Shown: positions 1-13,133 of the stretch, piece after piece
Layout of the letters: the number at the start of each line of letters is the position of its first letter
How positions within the stretch are numbered: position 1 is the first letter of the stretch
Source of the DNA: Leucoraja ocellata
Taxonomy: Eukaryota
Length of the DNA stretch: 64,000 nucleotides
NCBI GenBank assembly: GCA_036785375.1
Contig: JAWMAR010000253.1
Span: 2,418,001 to 2,482,000 of the forward strand
Reading direction: 5' to 3'
The notes under the pieces: model-generated
The model's database searches: none
Told to the model about the DNA's origin: nothing
The model's input: the letters and a program-made list of their open reading frames with translations, nothing else
Position numbers and translations under genes: made by a program

Positions 1-1239
1 GAGGCCAAGTCAGTGGATATTTCTAAGGCAGATTTAGACACATTTTTGATTAGAATGGGTGTCATGGGTTGTGAGAAGGCAGAAAAATGGGATTAGGAGG
101 CACAGATCAGCCCCGATTGAATGGCGGAGTAGTCTCGATGGGCCGAATGGCCTAATTCTACTCCTAAAACTTGTGAAAAGTCTTTGACTGACGAGACAGC
201 CACAATGGGCATCCCTGCCAAGGTTCACCATCTCCTCAGGCAATCATTGCCCCACCCATTGGTATTGTCATCTCAGTCCATCCACAGACCACCAGGGGAG
301 AGGTATCCAGTTTCTGTCATTACAATCAAGTTGCACATTGGATATTGGACAGACAGAGAATCATTTTCTCTCAAGAGTGTTTATTTATCATACGAATCAG
401 AGCAACAAAATTCTTAAGCTGCAGCTTGACAAACACATTAGATGTAACAACACAAATAAATGCCGTTATATAAAAAAATATTATTTACTTTAAGTAAACT
501 AGTAAAAGCCTGTCTGAAACACATGTCTGAAGAAGGGTCTCGATTCAAAACGTCAACTATTCCTTTTCTCTATAGATGCTGTCTGACCACTTAATTACTC
601 CAGCTTTTTGCGTCAAACTTTAGAAAAAAAACAAAGTATGTCAAGGGTCCATAGTAGGGCAAATTCCTGGTGTCGGGTGCTGAGGTCGGGTCATGCAAGG
701 TGGTTCCTGTTCTTGGTTTCTTGGTTCTCCAAAATATTGCAAATGGAATTTAAACTGGAGGTGGTGAAGGGAGGGATTAAGCCAGAAAGGGTTGAACGGG
801 TTCAAGAAGCTGATGGTTGATGAGAAGAAGCTGTCCTTGAAACTGGAGGTAATGGTTCCCAGGCCTCTGCACCTCACATCATCAGAAATAAGCTAAGCAT
901 GGCAAAGTTATGTTAGTCAAGGGAAAACAAAAGTGGGATTACTCTTTGCACCAGAGTCATCTCAGGGCAACATGCCAACCCAATCTAGTGAATTGACATT
1001 TACGCTATTTGGTTTGAAACTCCAGAATCTTCGCTCCAAAGGATTTGTTCATCATCCTCAGTCGCAATCTAAGTCCTCAGATTCCACAGTTTGAAGAAAG
1101 CGCGGCTGGTGACGGGTACAAAACTGCCCAAAGTCGGGAATTATCTGTGATAAGACATAAAATGTTGGAGTAACTCAGCGGGTCAGGGAGGGTCTCCGGT
1201 AAGAAGGAATAGGTGATGTTTCAGGTCAAGACCCTTCTT

Positions 1240-1657
1240 GGGCTTGTACTCGCTAGAATTTAGAAGATTGAGGGAGGGATCTTATATAAACTTACAAAAT
1301 TCTTAAGGGGTTGGACAGGCTAGATGCAGGAAGATTATTCCCGATGTTGGGGAAGTCCAGAACTAGGGGTCACAATTTAAGGATAAGGGGGAAGTCTTTT
1401 AGGACCAAGATGAGAAAATCATTTTTTACACAGAGGATGATGAATCTGTGGAATTCTCTGCCACAGAAGGTAGTTGAGGCCAGTTCATTGGCTATATTTA
1501 TGAGGGAGTTAGATGTGGCCTTTGTGGCTAAAGGGATCAGGGGGTATGGAGAGAAGGCAGGTACAGGATACTGAGTTGGATGATCATATTGAATGGCAGT
1601 GCAGGCTCGAAGGGCCGAATGGCCTACTCTTGCACCTATTTTCTATGTTTCTATGTT
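1240..1657 (+). mobile_element. CR1 3' fragment, left-arm specific
   Basis: SRTRGHN...LWNSLP, tttctatg tail; absent at the mirror site ~50860. Confidence 0.9.
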
Positions 1658-2074
1658 CACTCTAAAGAGGGACCTCGACCAAAAACATCACCTATTCCTT
1701 TTCTCCAGAGATGCTGCCTGGTCCGCTGAGTTACTCAAGCATTTTGTGTCCATCTCCGTTGTCACCTAGCATCTGCAGTTCCTTCCTACACACCAGTGAA
1801 TTATCTGTGCTGGATGTAGAGGGAGAGTTACAGCAGCGTTGTAGCAGAGAAACTAGATCTAGCATCACACCTTTCAGCTTAGACAGCAAGAACAACAGAG
1901 AGGAAAGCAGATTTGATCAGTTGTAAAAGTTACATTCTGTTATTGTCAACTATTGCAGAAAGAGCAGGAGATAAAACATGAAAGAGTTACTCTGAGCGTG
2001 GAAAAGAATGGTTTCACAGACTACGCGTTGAGTCTTTATACAATTTCACCCATGCTACCATGAGACAATAGGCT

Positions 2075-2540
2075 GAAAATGCTGGAGAAACTCAGTGGGA
2101 CAGGCAGCATCTCTGGACAAAAGGAACCCAGTCTGAAGAAAGACCTCAACCCATTCCTTCTCTCCAGAGATGCTGCCTGTCCCGCTGAGTTACTACAGCA
2201 TGTTATGCCTCTCTTTGGTTTAAACCGGCAGCTGCAGTTCCTTCCTACACAAGAGAGCATCTCTGGAGAAAAAGGATAGATGACATTTCGAATTAGCGTC
2301 CTGACCCAAAACGTCACCCATCTGTTTTCACCAGAGATGCTGCCTGACCCGCTGAGTTACCCCAGCATTTTGTGTCTATCAGCAACAGCTTACCTGGGCT
2401 TGCATTGGATGGTACGTAATTGAACAATCTTTCATCATGTCCTATCCAACACATGTGATGTAGATTTTCCCGCTGAGTTGCTCCAGCACTTTGTGACTAT
2501 CTTTGGTATAAACCAGCATCTGCAGTTCCTTCCTACACAC
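2075..2540. repeat. Penelope-type terminal-repeat remnants in alternating orientation (also ~525-610, 1153-1790, 11560-11672, 31360-31510, 44870-45190, 50100-50565, 59050-59140)
   Basis: Recurrent ATGCTGGAGTAACTCAGCGGG.CAGGCAGCATCTCTGGAG and its reverse complement, with CTGAAGA...GAAAC cores. Confidence 0.7.
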
Positions 2541-2543
2541 TAA

Positions 2544-2759
2544 TGCCCTTGTCCCACTTAGGACACCTGAACGGAGACCTCTGGAGACTTTGCGCCTCAC
2601 CCAAGGTTTCCGTGTGGTTCCCGGAGGTTTTTGTCAGTCTCCCTACCTGCTTCCACTACCTGCAACCACCTGCAACCTCCGGGAACCGCACGGAAACCTT
2701 GGGTGGGACGCAAAGTCTCCAGAGGTTTCCATTCAGGTTTCCTAAGTGGGACAGGGGCA
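2544..2759. mobile_element. PIF/Harbinger-type palindromic MITE, left-arm specific (partial copy at ~30759-30907)
   Basis: TIR TGCCC(C/T)TGTCCCACTTAGG, TAA/TTA flanks; empty site at ~50098. Confidence 0.85.
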
Positions 2760-2799
2760 TTAGGCTGCTGTTGATATGTGTGGAGCAGGGCATTTGGGA

Positions 2800-2977
2800 T
2801 CACTCAGTGGGAGAGAGGGTGCTGGGTCGGGAGATCGATGGGTAACTCAAGTAAGGTAGGGGGTAGAGAGCTTGTTCAGTGTTCAGGGTTGGTACCTGGA
2901 GAATAAAGGGGGTGAGTTGCACGGTGAAGAAGGGGCTGAATGTCAGCACCTGACAGGGGCCCATCCTGCGTTTGAAC
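2800..2977 (-). CDS. Candidate cytoplasmic-tail exon(s) of copy A (model unresolved)
   Basis: Acceptors cctgtatag|G (2977) and tttattctccag|G (~2895). The phase-2 frame from 2977 is open to TGA at 2800 and ends ...ALYPLPYLSYPSISRPSTLSPTE*. Confidence 0.3.
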
Positions 2978-3483
2978 CTATACAGGAAGGTATAGTTGAA
3001 GTCAATCAGAAGAAAGACGGACAGGTACTGTGAAAGCCTCTTGAAATGCAGCTGAAGATAGACTGGTGAAGCTGAATTCTGAAGGAGATCTCAAAGACTG
3101 CAAACCATTCTAAAGTGAGTCAACATGCCAGGAATGGTGTACGTTGGACGCCATAGGTGTGCACATACCTGGGGTTCTTTGTGCATCACACTGAAGATCG
3201 CCTAAGGAACTGGAAGAAGGACCACAAACTTTGCAAAGCACCATTTTGAGGTCACAGAATAACATGAAAAACACAGCACACAGGATGGAACGTAGGCGTC
3301 TCCCTTCAAAGGCTTTCTTTGAAGATTTGTTCTGCAGAGAAGGTTGGTCGGTCTCTCCGTTTGTGTTTACCAGCGGGCAAGGAGCTAAAGCCAAAATACG
3401 GTGACTAACATGAGCCGCCTTGTTGTGAAGGGGCATAACCTGGGATTAGACTACATGGTTTAAGAAGAAGAATAGTCGAGTAC

Positions 3484-3598
3484 CTGCCTTCATCGTGGTT
3501 TGGTTTTTTCTTGCAACACATGTAGCCAACGCTAGCTAAGATGATAGCTCCCACCACAATTGCCGCAGTAATCAAGCCAATATGCTGTTGCTTGACAC
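3484..3598 (-). CDS. CD2/SLAM-family receptor, copy A: transmembrane exon
   Basis: Acceptor ccttttcag|GT in phase with the IgC2 exon. HIGLITAAIVVGAIILASVGYMCC followed by the KKK stop-transfer. Donor uncertain (CAG|gtactc, or a GC donor 4 nt earlier). Confidence 0.82.
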
Positions 3599-4263
3599 CT
3601 GAAAAAGGATCAACATTCAACTGTGATTGCATTAGTGCGTTAATGCAGAGAAATATAAAATGTACTTTGCTCAAAAATGAGAAATGCAGCTGAATGCACT
3701 GGTGTGCTGTCTTTTTGTCTATTTTTAGTTATTTTTAGTGTGTTTTAAAAGTATGTATTAATGTTCTCTGGTTTCTTTTATGTGCGGATGAGGGAGGGGG
3801 TCGGGGAAACTTTTTTTTCAGTCTCTTACCTTGCCGGAGATGCGATTGTTTTCCGGATCGTATCTCCGGTCGCTCTGCGGCCTAACATCATGGAGCTGGC
3901 GGCCTTGCTCGAGTGACTTTGACTTTGAGCCCCAACATGGGGCCATGGACTTACCATCGGAGCCTGTGATCCCTTGTGTGGAGGAGCATCGAGGAGCTCG
4001 CAGTCTCGGGTAGAGACTGATGTCGAGAAGCTCCAAAGTCACAAGAGGGTTGACCAGCGGGTAAGCTGAGATCCCCCCCCCGATGTGGGAGCTCGATCAC
4101 CCTGACACGGAGTGCCCGACCACTGGTTATGGGAGCCAAGATCGCCCCGACAACGGAAGTCTTAAGGCCCCCTGACCACAATAGAACAAAGAAGGGAAGA
4201 GAATTAATTCATTTTTCGTCTTCCATCACAGTGAGGAATGTGGAGGAGTCACTGTGGTGGATG

Positions 4264-5285
4264 TAGGTATGTTGCAAAACCTACCTTGAGCGGGGCTGCA
4301 CGTCTGTCCCAGCCCGTGTGCGTGATTTTGGCGCCGTTGAGAGGGGGGCGGGTTTAAAACGCGATTCTCCCTAGGCTATTCAAATCGAGGTTGTTTAGCC
4401 TACTTAGTTGCTGACAAAAAAATCGCTGGGAGATTCTTTCGCTGGAGCTATTTTTAAACATAATTGGTTAATTTAATTGTTATAGTAGGTTAAAAATTAT
4501 CCTCTAAACCCGATAACGGAACGGATCTCATACAGGGGACAACGGAAGGTAGTTTGTTTATTTTTACATTAAAAAGCGCTTCTTAAGATCCCTTTATACA
4601 AAATGTTATGTTGCGAATAGCCCCATTAAATCCCGCAGTATTTTTCTGGGCATATGGGGGTACAAATTTACCGCAATGGGAACGTTCCAAACCAGCTAGT
4701 TCCACAGGATCCCACTCAAAAGCTGATTTAAATGGCCATTAATTTACAGCAATTGAACACTAAATTCCTTCCACTTGGCCTATAAACCATTGTAAATTAG
4801 ATTTAAAAATCATGTTTTATTGTGAATTCTTTGTGAATGTTATTTGGACACTTAGGCTATTTAAAAATGTTAATCTTTTCTTAAGAAATGGATAGATGTT
4901 TAGATCTAGTAATTGAAGTTCGGAATTAGCTACAATTGGGTAACTAACTAATTATATGCTTTAATTTCAGGTCATCCAAGTAAGATTGTTTCATATTTGT
5001 TTCAGAATGCTTCAAACTATAATAACTGAAAACTTCTTTCAATTCTCTTAATTTTTAAGAAAGTTATGGCCATTTGACTGTCCTCGATCACAGCTTTTGT
5101 GTTGTCAATGGAAAATCAATAGGGAACAAGATGCTAATTTCAGAGTATGAAAACTGCCATAACTTTTTTAATACTGAAGATATGAAAGTGAATTAGGTGT
5201 CAAATTAAACTTATTTTTGTGCTTTATCTGATGGGATAAATTGCAGACTTGATTTTTAAAGTCTCAAAATTTTGTAACATTGCTG
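4264..5285. mobile_element. Non-autonomous hAT-like DNA transposon (mirror copy 47666-48696)
   Basis: Imperfect TIRs TAGGTATGTTGCAAAA / TAGCAATGTTACAAAA; 7-bp duplication CATCCAC clean in the right-arm copy; splits an interspersed repeat seen unsplit at ~16195-16350. Confidence 0.8.
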
Positions 5286-7194
5286 TTGGATGTTTATGTT
5301 AAGATGTGTTTTGTTGCTTTTTATTTATATGACTCTATGGCAAATCAAATTCCTCATTTGTTGCAAAACATGCTTGGCTGATAAAGTATGATTATTATGA
5401 TAATGAAATTTGATGACAGAAACTGTTCTTAAGGAGACCTGCAAGATCAAGATTGCAGCCTGAAGGGTCCCCACACTAAAAGTCACCTATCTATGTTTTA
5501 CAGGGATGCTGCCTGACCCGCTGGGTTTAGTTTAGTTTAGACATACAGCGGGGAAACAGGCCCTTCGACCCAATGAGTCCGTACTGACCAGCGACCCCCC
5601 GCACACTAACGCTATCCCACACACAAGTTACAATTGTACCAAGCCAATTAACCTACAAACCAGTGCGTCTTTGGAACGTGGGGGGAAACCGGAGATCCTG
5701 GAGAAAACGCACTCAGGTCACAGGGAGAACATACAAACTGTGTACAGATAAGCACCCGTAGTCAGGATCGAACCTGGGGCTGTGAGGCAGCAACTCTGCT
5801 GCTAGGCCACCGTGCCAACCATCCAGCACTTTGTATCTTTCTTTGTAAACCAGAATCTGCAGCTCTTTGCTTCGACATTTTGTCTGTCAAATTATAACTG
5901 GTTTAAACAGTGTATTGAATAATTCCATATCAAAGATTCGGCAAATCTGTCCCTTCACTGTTTTTATTTGTGATTATTTTTACTAATTCACCCTCCGGCT
6001 GAATAAATCCAAAAGAAAATTTAATTTAGACTTTACATTGGACTTTAGACATACAGCATGGAAACAGGCCTTTTGGCCCACCAAACCTGTGCCAAGCAGC
6101 AATCACCGCATACACTATCACGATCCTACACACTAGGGACAATTTACAATTAACTTAAAGCCATTTAACCTATAAACTTGCACGTCTTGGGAGGAAACCA
6201 GATCACCCAAAGAAAACTCATGCGGTCACAGTGAGAACGTGCAAACTCCATACAGACAGCACTGTAGTCAGGATTGAATCCGGCTCTCTGGCGCTGTAAG
6301 GCAGCAACTCTACCGCTGCGCCACTGTGCTGCCCTCTGTGTCCTCTTAGTTAATTTCACGAGAGTTTTTTTGTTCAAGTTAGAGGCAAGCGGAATAAACA
6401 TTCTGCATTTGAAGGTGGAAAAGTCAGTTGGCGAATTACAGAGATATTATTTCAACCCCAGCTCTGAACTCGGGAAATGATAAAGTCACTAATTTGAAAG
6501 CATACGGTAAAAAGCAGTTCTTGATAAGGGAAACTGTCCTGCAAGCTAGTGTGACAGATTCTCATTACCAGATCTCTGAGTCTGATTGTGATATAGCCAA
6601 TCCAGTGTCACCAACAATTCACCCTTCACAGAAGCAAGACTAGGGATCGCTGGTCGATACGGACACAGTGGGCCGAAGGGCCTTTTCCGTGCTGTATCTC
6701 TAAACTAAATTAAATTAAAAAGCTATTAGTTCCAAATGTTAATCATTTGGTACAAAAAAAAGTTCTCTCCCATCACTTGTGCCTTCTGCCCAGTATCTAT
6801 CCTCTAGCCCTGGAAACATCTGCCAATGAAATAATCATGATGAATGCTGCCGACATTTTGCACAGTGGCATCAAATATTCAGTGCTCTTCCCAACACTTT
6901 TTGAGCTTCATATACATTGGTGTAGTTTAGTTTAGAGATACAGCACGGAAACAAGCCCTTCGGTGCACTGAGTCTGAGCCAACCAATAATCTCCGTACAC
7001 TATCACTATCCTACACTCCAGGGACAATTTACAATTTTTACTGAAGCAAAATTAACCTACAACCCTGTTCATCTTTACAGTATGAGAGGAAACTAGAGTA
7101 CCCGCGGAAAAGATACACGGTCACGGAGCAAACGTACAAACTCCGTACAGACAATACTCGTAGTCAGGACCGAACCTGAGCCACTGAGCACTAG

Positions 7195-7907
7195 TACCTC
7201 TCTCACACCTCCCGCTGCTGAAACTCATCCATGCCTTCATCTCCTCCCGACTGGACTACTGCAACGCACTTCTCCTTGGCATCAGCTCCACCTACATCAA
7301 CCAAATCCAACTGGTCCAGAACGCAGCCGCCCGACTCATCACCCACACCAAATCCTGGCATCACATCACTCCAGTCCTCAAACAACTTCACTGGCTTCCC
7401 ATCTCCCACCGGATCACCTACAAAATCCTGGTCCTCACCTACAAAGCCCTCCACCATATGCCCCCCCCCATATCTCACTGATCTCCTCTCCCCCTACCAA
7501 CCCTCACAGTCCCTCAGAACCACATCAGCCGGTCTCCTCTCCATCCACAAATCCAACCTCCGCAGTTTTGGGGACAGAGCCTTCTCCAGGGCAGCTCCCA
7601 GGCTCTGGAACTCCCTCCCCCAACTGATCCGCAATTCCGTGTCCCTCACCATCTTCCAGTCCCGCCTCAAGACCCATCTCTTCACCTCTGCCTATCCTTA
7701 GCCCCACGTCCCCCTCCCTTTTCATCTGTGCTTTAATTGCCTCATATTGTGTTTTGAATTGAATTCCGTCTTTACTTTGTGTACTAGTCATGTCTCTACT
7801 ATTTATTTCATTCCGCTTACATGTTTTTCCTCTACCTGCTAAATTTTTGTAAGGTGTCCTTGAGACTCTTGAAAGGCGCCCATAAATAAAATTTATTATT
7901 ATTATTA
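7195..7907 (+). mobile_element. L2-clade LINE 3' fragment, left-arm specific
   Basis: LIHAFISSRLDYCN...VQNAAARL...LHWLP...GDRAFS.AAPRLWNSLP; (ATT)n tail. Confidence 0.92.
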
Positions 7908-9629
7908 CAGGTGCACAACCTTTTATCCGAAAGCCTTGGGACCAGACACTTTTCGTAATTCAGAATTTTTCGGCTTTCGGAATGGAAGATTTTTAGCGTA
8001 GATTTTAACGGCTGGCTCAGTGGTAGAGTGCTCGGCTCGTATCCGCAAGGTCGCAAGTTTGCGCCTTGATCCCGGCAGTTACTCGGTCGCGAGTTTGAGT
8101 CTTCAATGTAGATTTTTCTTGCAGAATAGGAGAGAATAGGGAGGGTTAGGCTGGGATCATTCTCTGCGAGATGATCTTAGTGCGGGAGACAAGTGTAGGA
8201 GAGGTGTACTGACTGTGTGGGCAGAACTTTGGAAGTGATTGCCCACCATTCTCAAAAGCCGCTGCGTCTCCCTGTCCCTCCAACTCCAGAGGAATCCGCT
8301 CCCCGTTGGGCCGCTACGGCGACAAGTGGCAGTTCGCCCACAGCCCGAGCTGCGCCCCCTCATCCGCAACCCGGGTTCCTCTGGAGTTGGAGCGGGGCTG
8401 GGCTAGAGTTGTTGCTGGCTGTGAGTCTCTGGGATCTCCGTGTTTGCAGTGGGCCTGGCGGTCGGTGTCCCGATGAGGGGGCGTAGCTGGCTGTGAGTCT
8501 CTGGGATCTCCGTGCTTGCAGTGGGCCTGGGGGTCGGTGTCCCGATGAGGGGGCGCAGCTCGGGCTGTGGGCGAACTGCCACTTGTCGCTGTAGCGGCGC
8601 ATCGGGGAGCGGCTTCTGGTGGTCCTGACGTCTCTCAGCTCCTGTCCAGGGGGGTGGCCGGAGACGTCAGGACCAACAAGAACCCGCTCCCCGATGGGCC
8701 GCTACAGCGACAAGTGGCAGTTCGCCCACAGCCCGAGCTGCACCCTCTCATCCGCAAACCGGGTTCCTCTGGAGTTGGAGCGGGGCTGGGCTAGAGTTGC
8801 TGCTGGCTGTGAGTCTATGGGATCTCCGTGCTTGCAGTCGGTGTCCCGTTGGTCCTGACGTCTCCGGTCACCCCCCTGGAATGGAGCTGAGACTGGGAAC
8901 TGTACCGCCCTTGCCCCCTCCCTCTGCAACTGCAAACAACCCCACAGTTCCCAGTCTCAGCTCCTGTACAGGGGGGTGGCCGGAGACGTCACAGCCCGAG
9001 CCATCAGCTTCTGTCCCTACGGGGACAGCGGAGAGCGTGTTCCTCTGGAATTGGAACGGGGCTGGGCTGCTGCTGGCTGTGGGTCTCTGGGATCTCCGTG
9101 CTTGCAGTGGGCCTGGGGGTCGGTGTCCCGTTGGTCCTGACGTCTCCGGTGACTGGCACTGGCTCCAACGTGAAGACAGTGCAAAGCCCCCGCGCCGGTG
9201 CAATGCGCGGGGAGCTGGAGAGGGGAGGGAAGGGGTCACACACATGGCCGGGGAGCAGAGGGGTATAGGTGGGGTGAAACTGAAGGGAGCGACAATTTGC
9301 TGCTGCCTGCCCGCTGAGTTAAAAAGTTCCCACGCAAGACTCACGATACACTGTGTATCGTGAGTCTACCGTGGGAACTTTTTAACTCAGCGGGCAGGCA
9401 GCAGCAGATTGTCAATTATTAACCCTCCCGCGCAATATACCCTCACCTTCTCTTCTATGAATGGGGATTTAGTTCCCCTTTCTTCGAGGACCGACCGGAG
9501 GTTCCGCTGTCACCTCTGCGGGCCGCCCTCGGTGAACATTTTCAAGGACCTTTCTTCAAGGACTGAAAAAATGTCCGCTATTCGGAGGTTTTCGTTATTT
9601 GGATCTTCGGATAAAAGGTTGTGCACCTG
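7908..9629. mobile_element. Non-autonomous Tc1/mariner-type DNA element nested in the L2 tail
   Basis: TIR CAGGTGCACAACCTTTTATCCGAA at both ends, TA target duplication, no transposase; GC-rich internal repeats at 8260-9160. Confidence 0.85.
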
Positions 9630-10040
9630 TATTATTAAGGCAACAACTCTTCTACTGTGGCACCAAACCACCCTGGTTGCACCAGGTTGTGAGAACCAGT
9701 TTAATTAAACATTCATCAATGGTACAATCAAGAGAGAACGGTGGTAGAGAGAGATTTCCTCAAATATAAATAGTAATTCTAGTGACATCAGTGTTATTAA
9801 ACTTGAATGATTCCCGTCCCTTACAGCCAAACACTGACTAATACACAGATAGGATCAGTTGGAATGAAACAGCAAAGGAAACATTGTAGGTTTACACTCA
9901 AAACTTCACATTCCTGTAAACCATTGATCTATTTATGACCTGACCTGATCTATCGGGAGTTTGACTTGGAAAGAAAGGAAATTAAAAGCCTTGACTGTTA
10001 CTGAATAGTGTGCTTAGTGTGAAAAGATAAAGCCACAAAC

Positions 10041-10331
10041 CTTCATGGGCAGGACAGAGCTGTGTTAGATCCACGCTCCGCGTCTCCTCACTAACAGGGT
10101 TCCCCACGGTGCAGTTGTACACGCTGTTGTTGTTGGGTAGAGGTATGGAGAGTGCCAGCCTTCTCCCTTCATCAGTCAGTATGTGCGACCCATCTGCCGT
10201 GACCTTGCCATCTCCTGACCACCAAGTGTAGACTGGCCCGGTGCCGTGCTCCAGTGAACACACCAAGCTAACGTTACACACCCCGTCACTGAAGGCTTCA
10301 CTGATACTTATTACTGGTAATGACACTCGTT
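10041..10331 (-). CDS. CD2/SLAM-family receptor, copy A: IgC2 exon (291 nt, phase 1-1)
   Basis: Acceptor aaacag|AA, donor GAAG|gtttgt. (Y)ERVSLP...CNVSLVC...YTW...YNCTVGNPVS...C: four-cysteine C2 domain with the NPVS motif typical of the SLAM family. Confidence 0.92.
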
Positions 10332-10961
10332 CTGTTTCAGAGAAAAGCACAAATACAAGCCATGGAATAATAACAACCAGAAGCTGCTAGCCATGAGTTT
10401 CCCCACAAGAACATTAAGTGTAGAAGATTATTTAGTTTAGTTTAGAGATACTGCATGGAAACAAGCCCTTCGGCCCACCGAGTCCTTGCCCACCATCGAT
10501 CCCCGTACACTAACACTATCCCACACCCACTACGGACAATTCACAAACTCTGTACAGACAAGCACCTGTAGTTTTAGTGCAAAATCCTTCCCGTGAGTTT
10601 ACAAAAATGAATCGTCCAGGTTACACTTTGCCACTAAATCTAGATCACAAGTAAACTCATTATTAGCAGAGAAAGTTTAATGACAGGTGGCCCTATCATC
10701 TTACAGAAACGTCAGATGGCTTGGAGAGACCTCCCTTCAAGAACCCATCCTAATGCTCTGCCATTAATATTCAAACAGCAAATACTGGGGATGGGTTCCT
10801 AAATAAGCAAGGACTCCAACCCATGTGATGTTTCAGTATTCACCCTGCCCGTATAACCCACAGACTTGGACTCACATTGTAAGCATTTCCCCATACATCT
10901 TTATGTTCTTAAAGGTTGTTAGAGTGGAAAATGTACCGTTTATAAAATTGAAATAGATTAC

Positions 10962-11291
10962 CATAAATCTTCAGTTCTGTCACTTGTTCATGGGGCCCCT
11001 GATTTGTCCTGATGCCCATTTCATATAGACCTTGATCGTGTTCTGTTAATTTCTGTATTTCCAGACTACAGTCATTCCGGTTTAACCTGATTCCCTGTTT
11101 GCTATATTGTATTGGATTGTTTTGAGATGTTATACATAATTGAATCTTTCCTGTTGTTGGTGAACTGCGGTAATCCCAAGTGAGGATTGTAATGTTTTCT
11201 CCTGAGATACATCCTGGTAACGTGACTGACTGTCCCATTGTCCCATTCACCAAGCGACGAGTGCCTGGTTTCCCTGCAGTCTGTCCCAGAC
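10962..11291 (-). CDS. CD2/SLAM-family receptor, copy A: IgV exon (330 nt, phase 1-1)
   Basis: Acceptor tgtttcag|GT, donor TATG|gtaatc. Protein LVNGTMGQSVTLP...W...CSLEIQKL...DQGLYEM: V-set domain without the canonical B-F cysteine pair, as in CD2/SLAM membrane-distal domains. Confidence 0.9.
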
Positions 11292-12176
11292 CTGAAACAC
11301 AAGGACAAGATATTAGTGCCATCAGCTCTGGGGTGTTGGTGTTCATAGTTTCCCAGCCCAGCAGTGAGTTGTCCCAACCCTAATGGACAAGGGCAGCAGG
11401 CACATGAGTATTCCACCACCCATACAGATGAGGTTCTGAATGAATAATCTTAGAAATCTAGAAATTAGGTGCAGGAGTAGGCCATTCGGCCCTTCGAGCC
11501 AGCATCGTAATTCAATATAATCAAGGCTGATCATCCAGAATCAGAATCCAGAATCTCAACATGAAATGTCACCCATTCCTTCCCTCCAGGGATGCTGCCT
11601 ATCCTGCTGAGTTACTCCAGCAGTTTGTGTCTATCTTCGGTTTAAACCAGCATCTGCAGTTCCCTCCTACATCTTTAGACTTTAGGGATATAGCGTTGAA
11701 ACAAGCCCTTCTGCCCACCGAGTCCATGCCAACCAGCAATCATGCCATAGACTTGCACTATCCTACACACTAGGGACAATTTACCTAAAGACACATCTCT
11801 GGCGTGTGAGAGGAAACTGAAGCACTCGGAGAAGACTCACATGGTCAAAGGAAGAACGTACAAACTCTGTACAGGGAATCAACATTTCTGGCATTGTGAG
11901 ACAGCAGCTCTAACACTGTGCCCGATTTGCCTAGACGGGGAATAACATGTGAAAAGTACAGATGGGTGCTTGATGAGTCAGCATGGACTTGTTCGGTCAA
12001 CTGGCCTGTTTCCAAACTGCGTGACACTATAAGGAAGAATTGCCACGGTGGTTTCTTGAGTAAACACCCTCAATGAATAGACATTGACTTATGCAGTAAA
12101 ACTGCTCCAGATGCCGAAACACTCAGCAGGGAGAGGGATAATAAGAATGTAGTCGTACAGGTACAAAACAGGCCTT

Positions 12177-12830
12177 TAGAAAACATAGACATAGAAAACA
12201 TAGGAAATAGGTGCAGGAGGAGACCATTTGGCCCTTCACTCACTGTGATCATGGCTGATCATCCACAATCAATAACCCGTGCCTGCCTTCTCCCCATATC
12301 CCTTAATTCTGCCAACCCCTAGCGCTTTATCTAACTCTCTTTAAATTCATCCAGTGATTTGGCCTCTAAGAGAATTCCGCAGATTCACAAATCTCTCAGT
12401 GAAAAAGTTTTTTCTAATCTCAGTTTTAAACTGCCTCCGCTTTATTCCTAGACTGTGGCCCCTGGTTCTGGTCTCCGCCAACATTGGGAACATTTTTCCT
12501 GCATCTAGCTTGTCCAGTCCTTTTATAATTTTACATGTTTCTATAAGATTACCTCTCATCCTTCTAGATTCCAGTGAATACAAGCCCAGTCTTTCCAATC
12601 TTTCCTCATATGACAGTCCCGCCATCCCGGGGATTAACCTCGTGAACCTACGCTGCACTACCTCAATAGCAATGATGTCCTTCCTCAAATGAGGAGACCA
12701 AAACTGTACACAATACTCCAGGTGTGGTCCCATCAGGGCCCTGTACAATTGCACAAGGACCTCTTTACTCCAATATACAAATTCTCTCGTTGTGAAGGCC
12801 AACATGCCATTAGCTTTCTTCACTGCAACC
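12177..12830 (-). mobile_element. CR1 3' fragment (mirror at ~38490-39140)
   Basis: PHLEYCVQFWSP...RTRGHS motifs. Confidence 0.9.
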
Positions 12831-13133
12831 CTTAGGTCCAACTCATCCATGCCGATCAAGATACCGCATCTAAGCCAGTTCCCTTGGCCCATGTCGATAG
12901 AGTTATAGAGTGATACAGCGTGGAAACAGGACCTTCGACCAACTTGCCCACACCGGCCAGCGTGCCCCAGCTGCATTAGTTCCATCTGCCCGCGTTTGGC
13001 CTGTATACCTTCAAGTGTCTTTTAAATATTGTTAATAGTACCTGCCTCCTCTGGCAGCTCATTCCATCCACCCTCCACCTTCTGAGTGACAATATTGCTT
13101 GTGATGCACCTATTAAATCTTTCCCCTCTCTCC

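Noticed and set aside
8008-8075. Functional tRNA gene
   Set aside because: T-arm/B box and acceptor stem are not intact, and it lies inside a transposon.
8157-9363. Many overlapping ORFs up to 188 aa
   Set aside because: By-product of GC-rich internal repeats of a non-autonomous transposon; no domain motifs.
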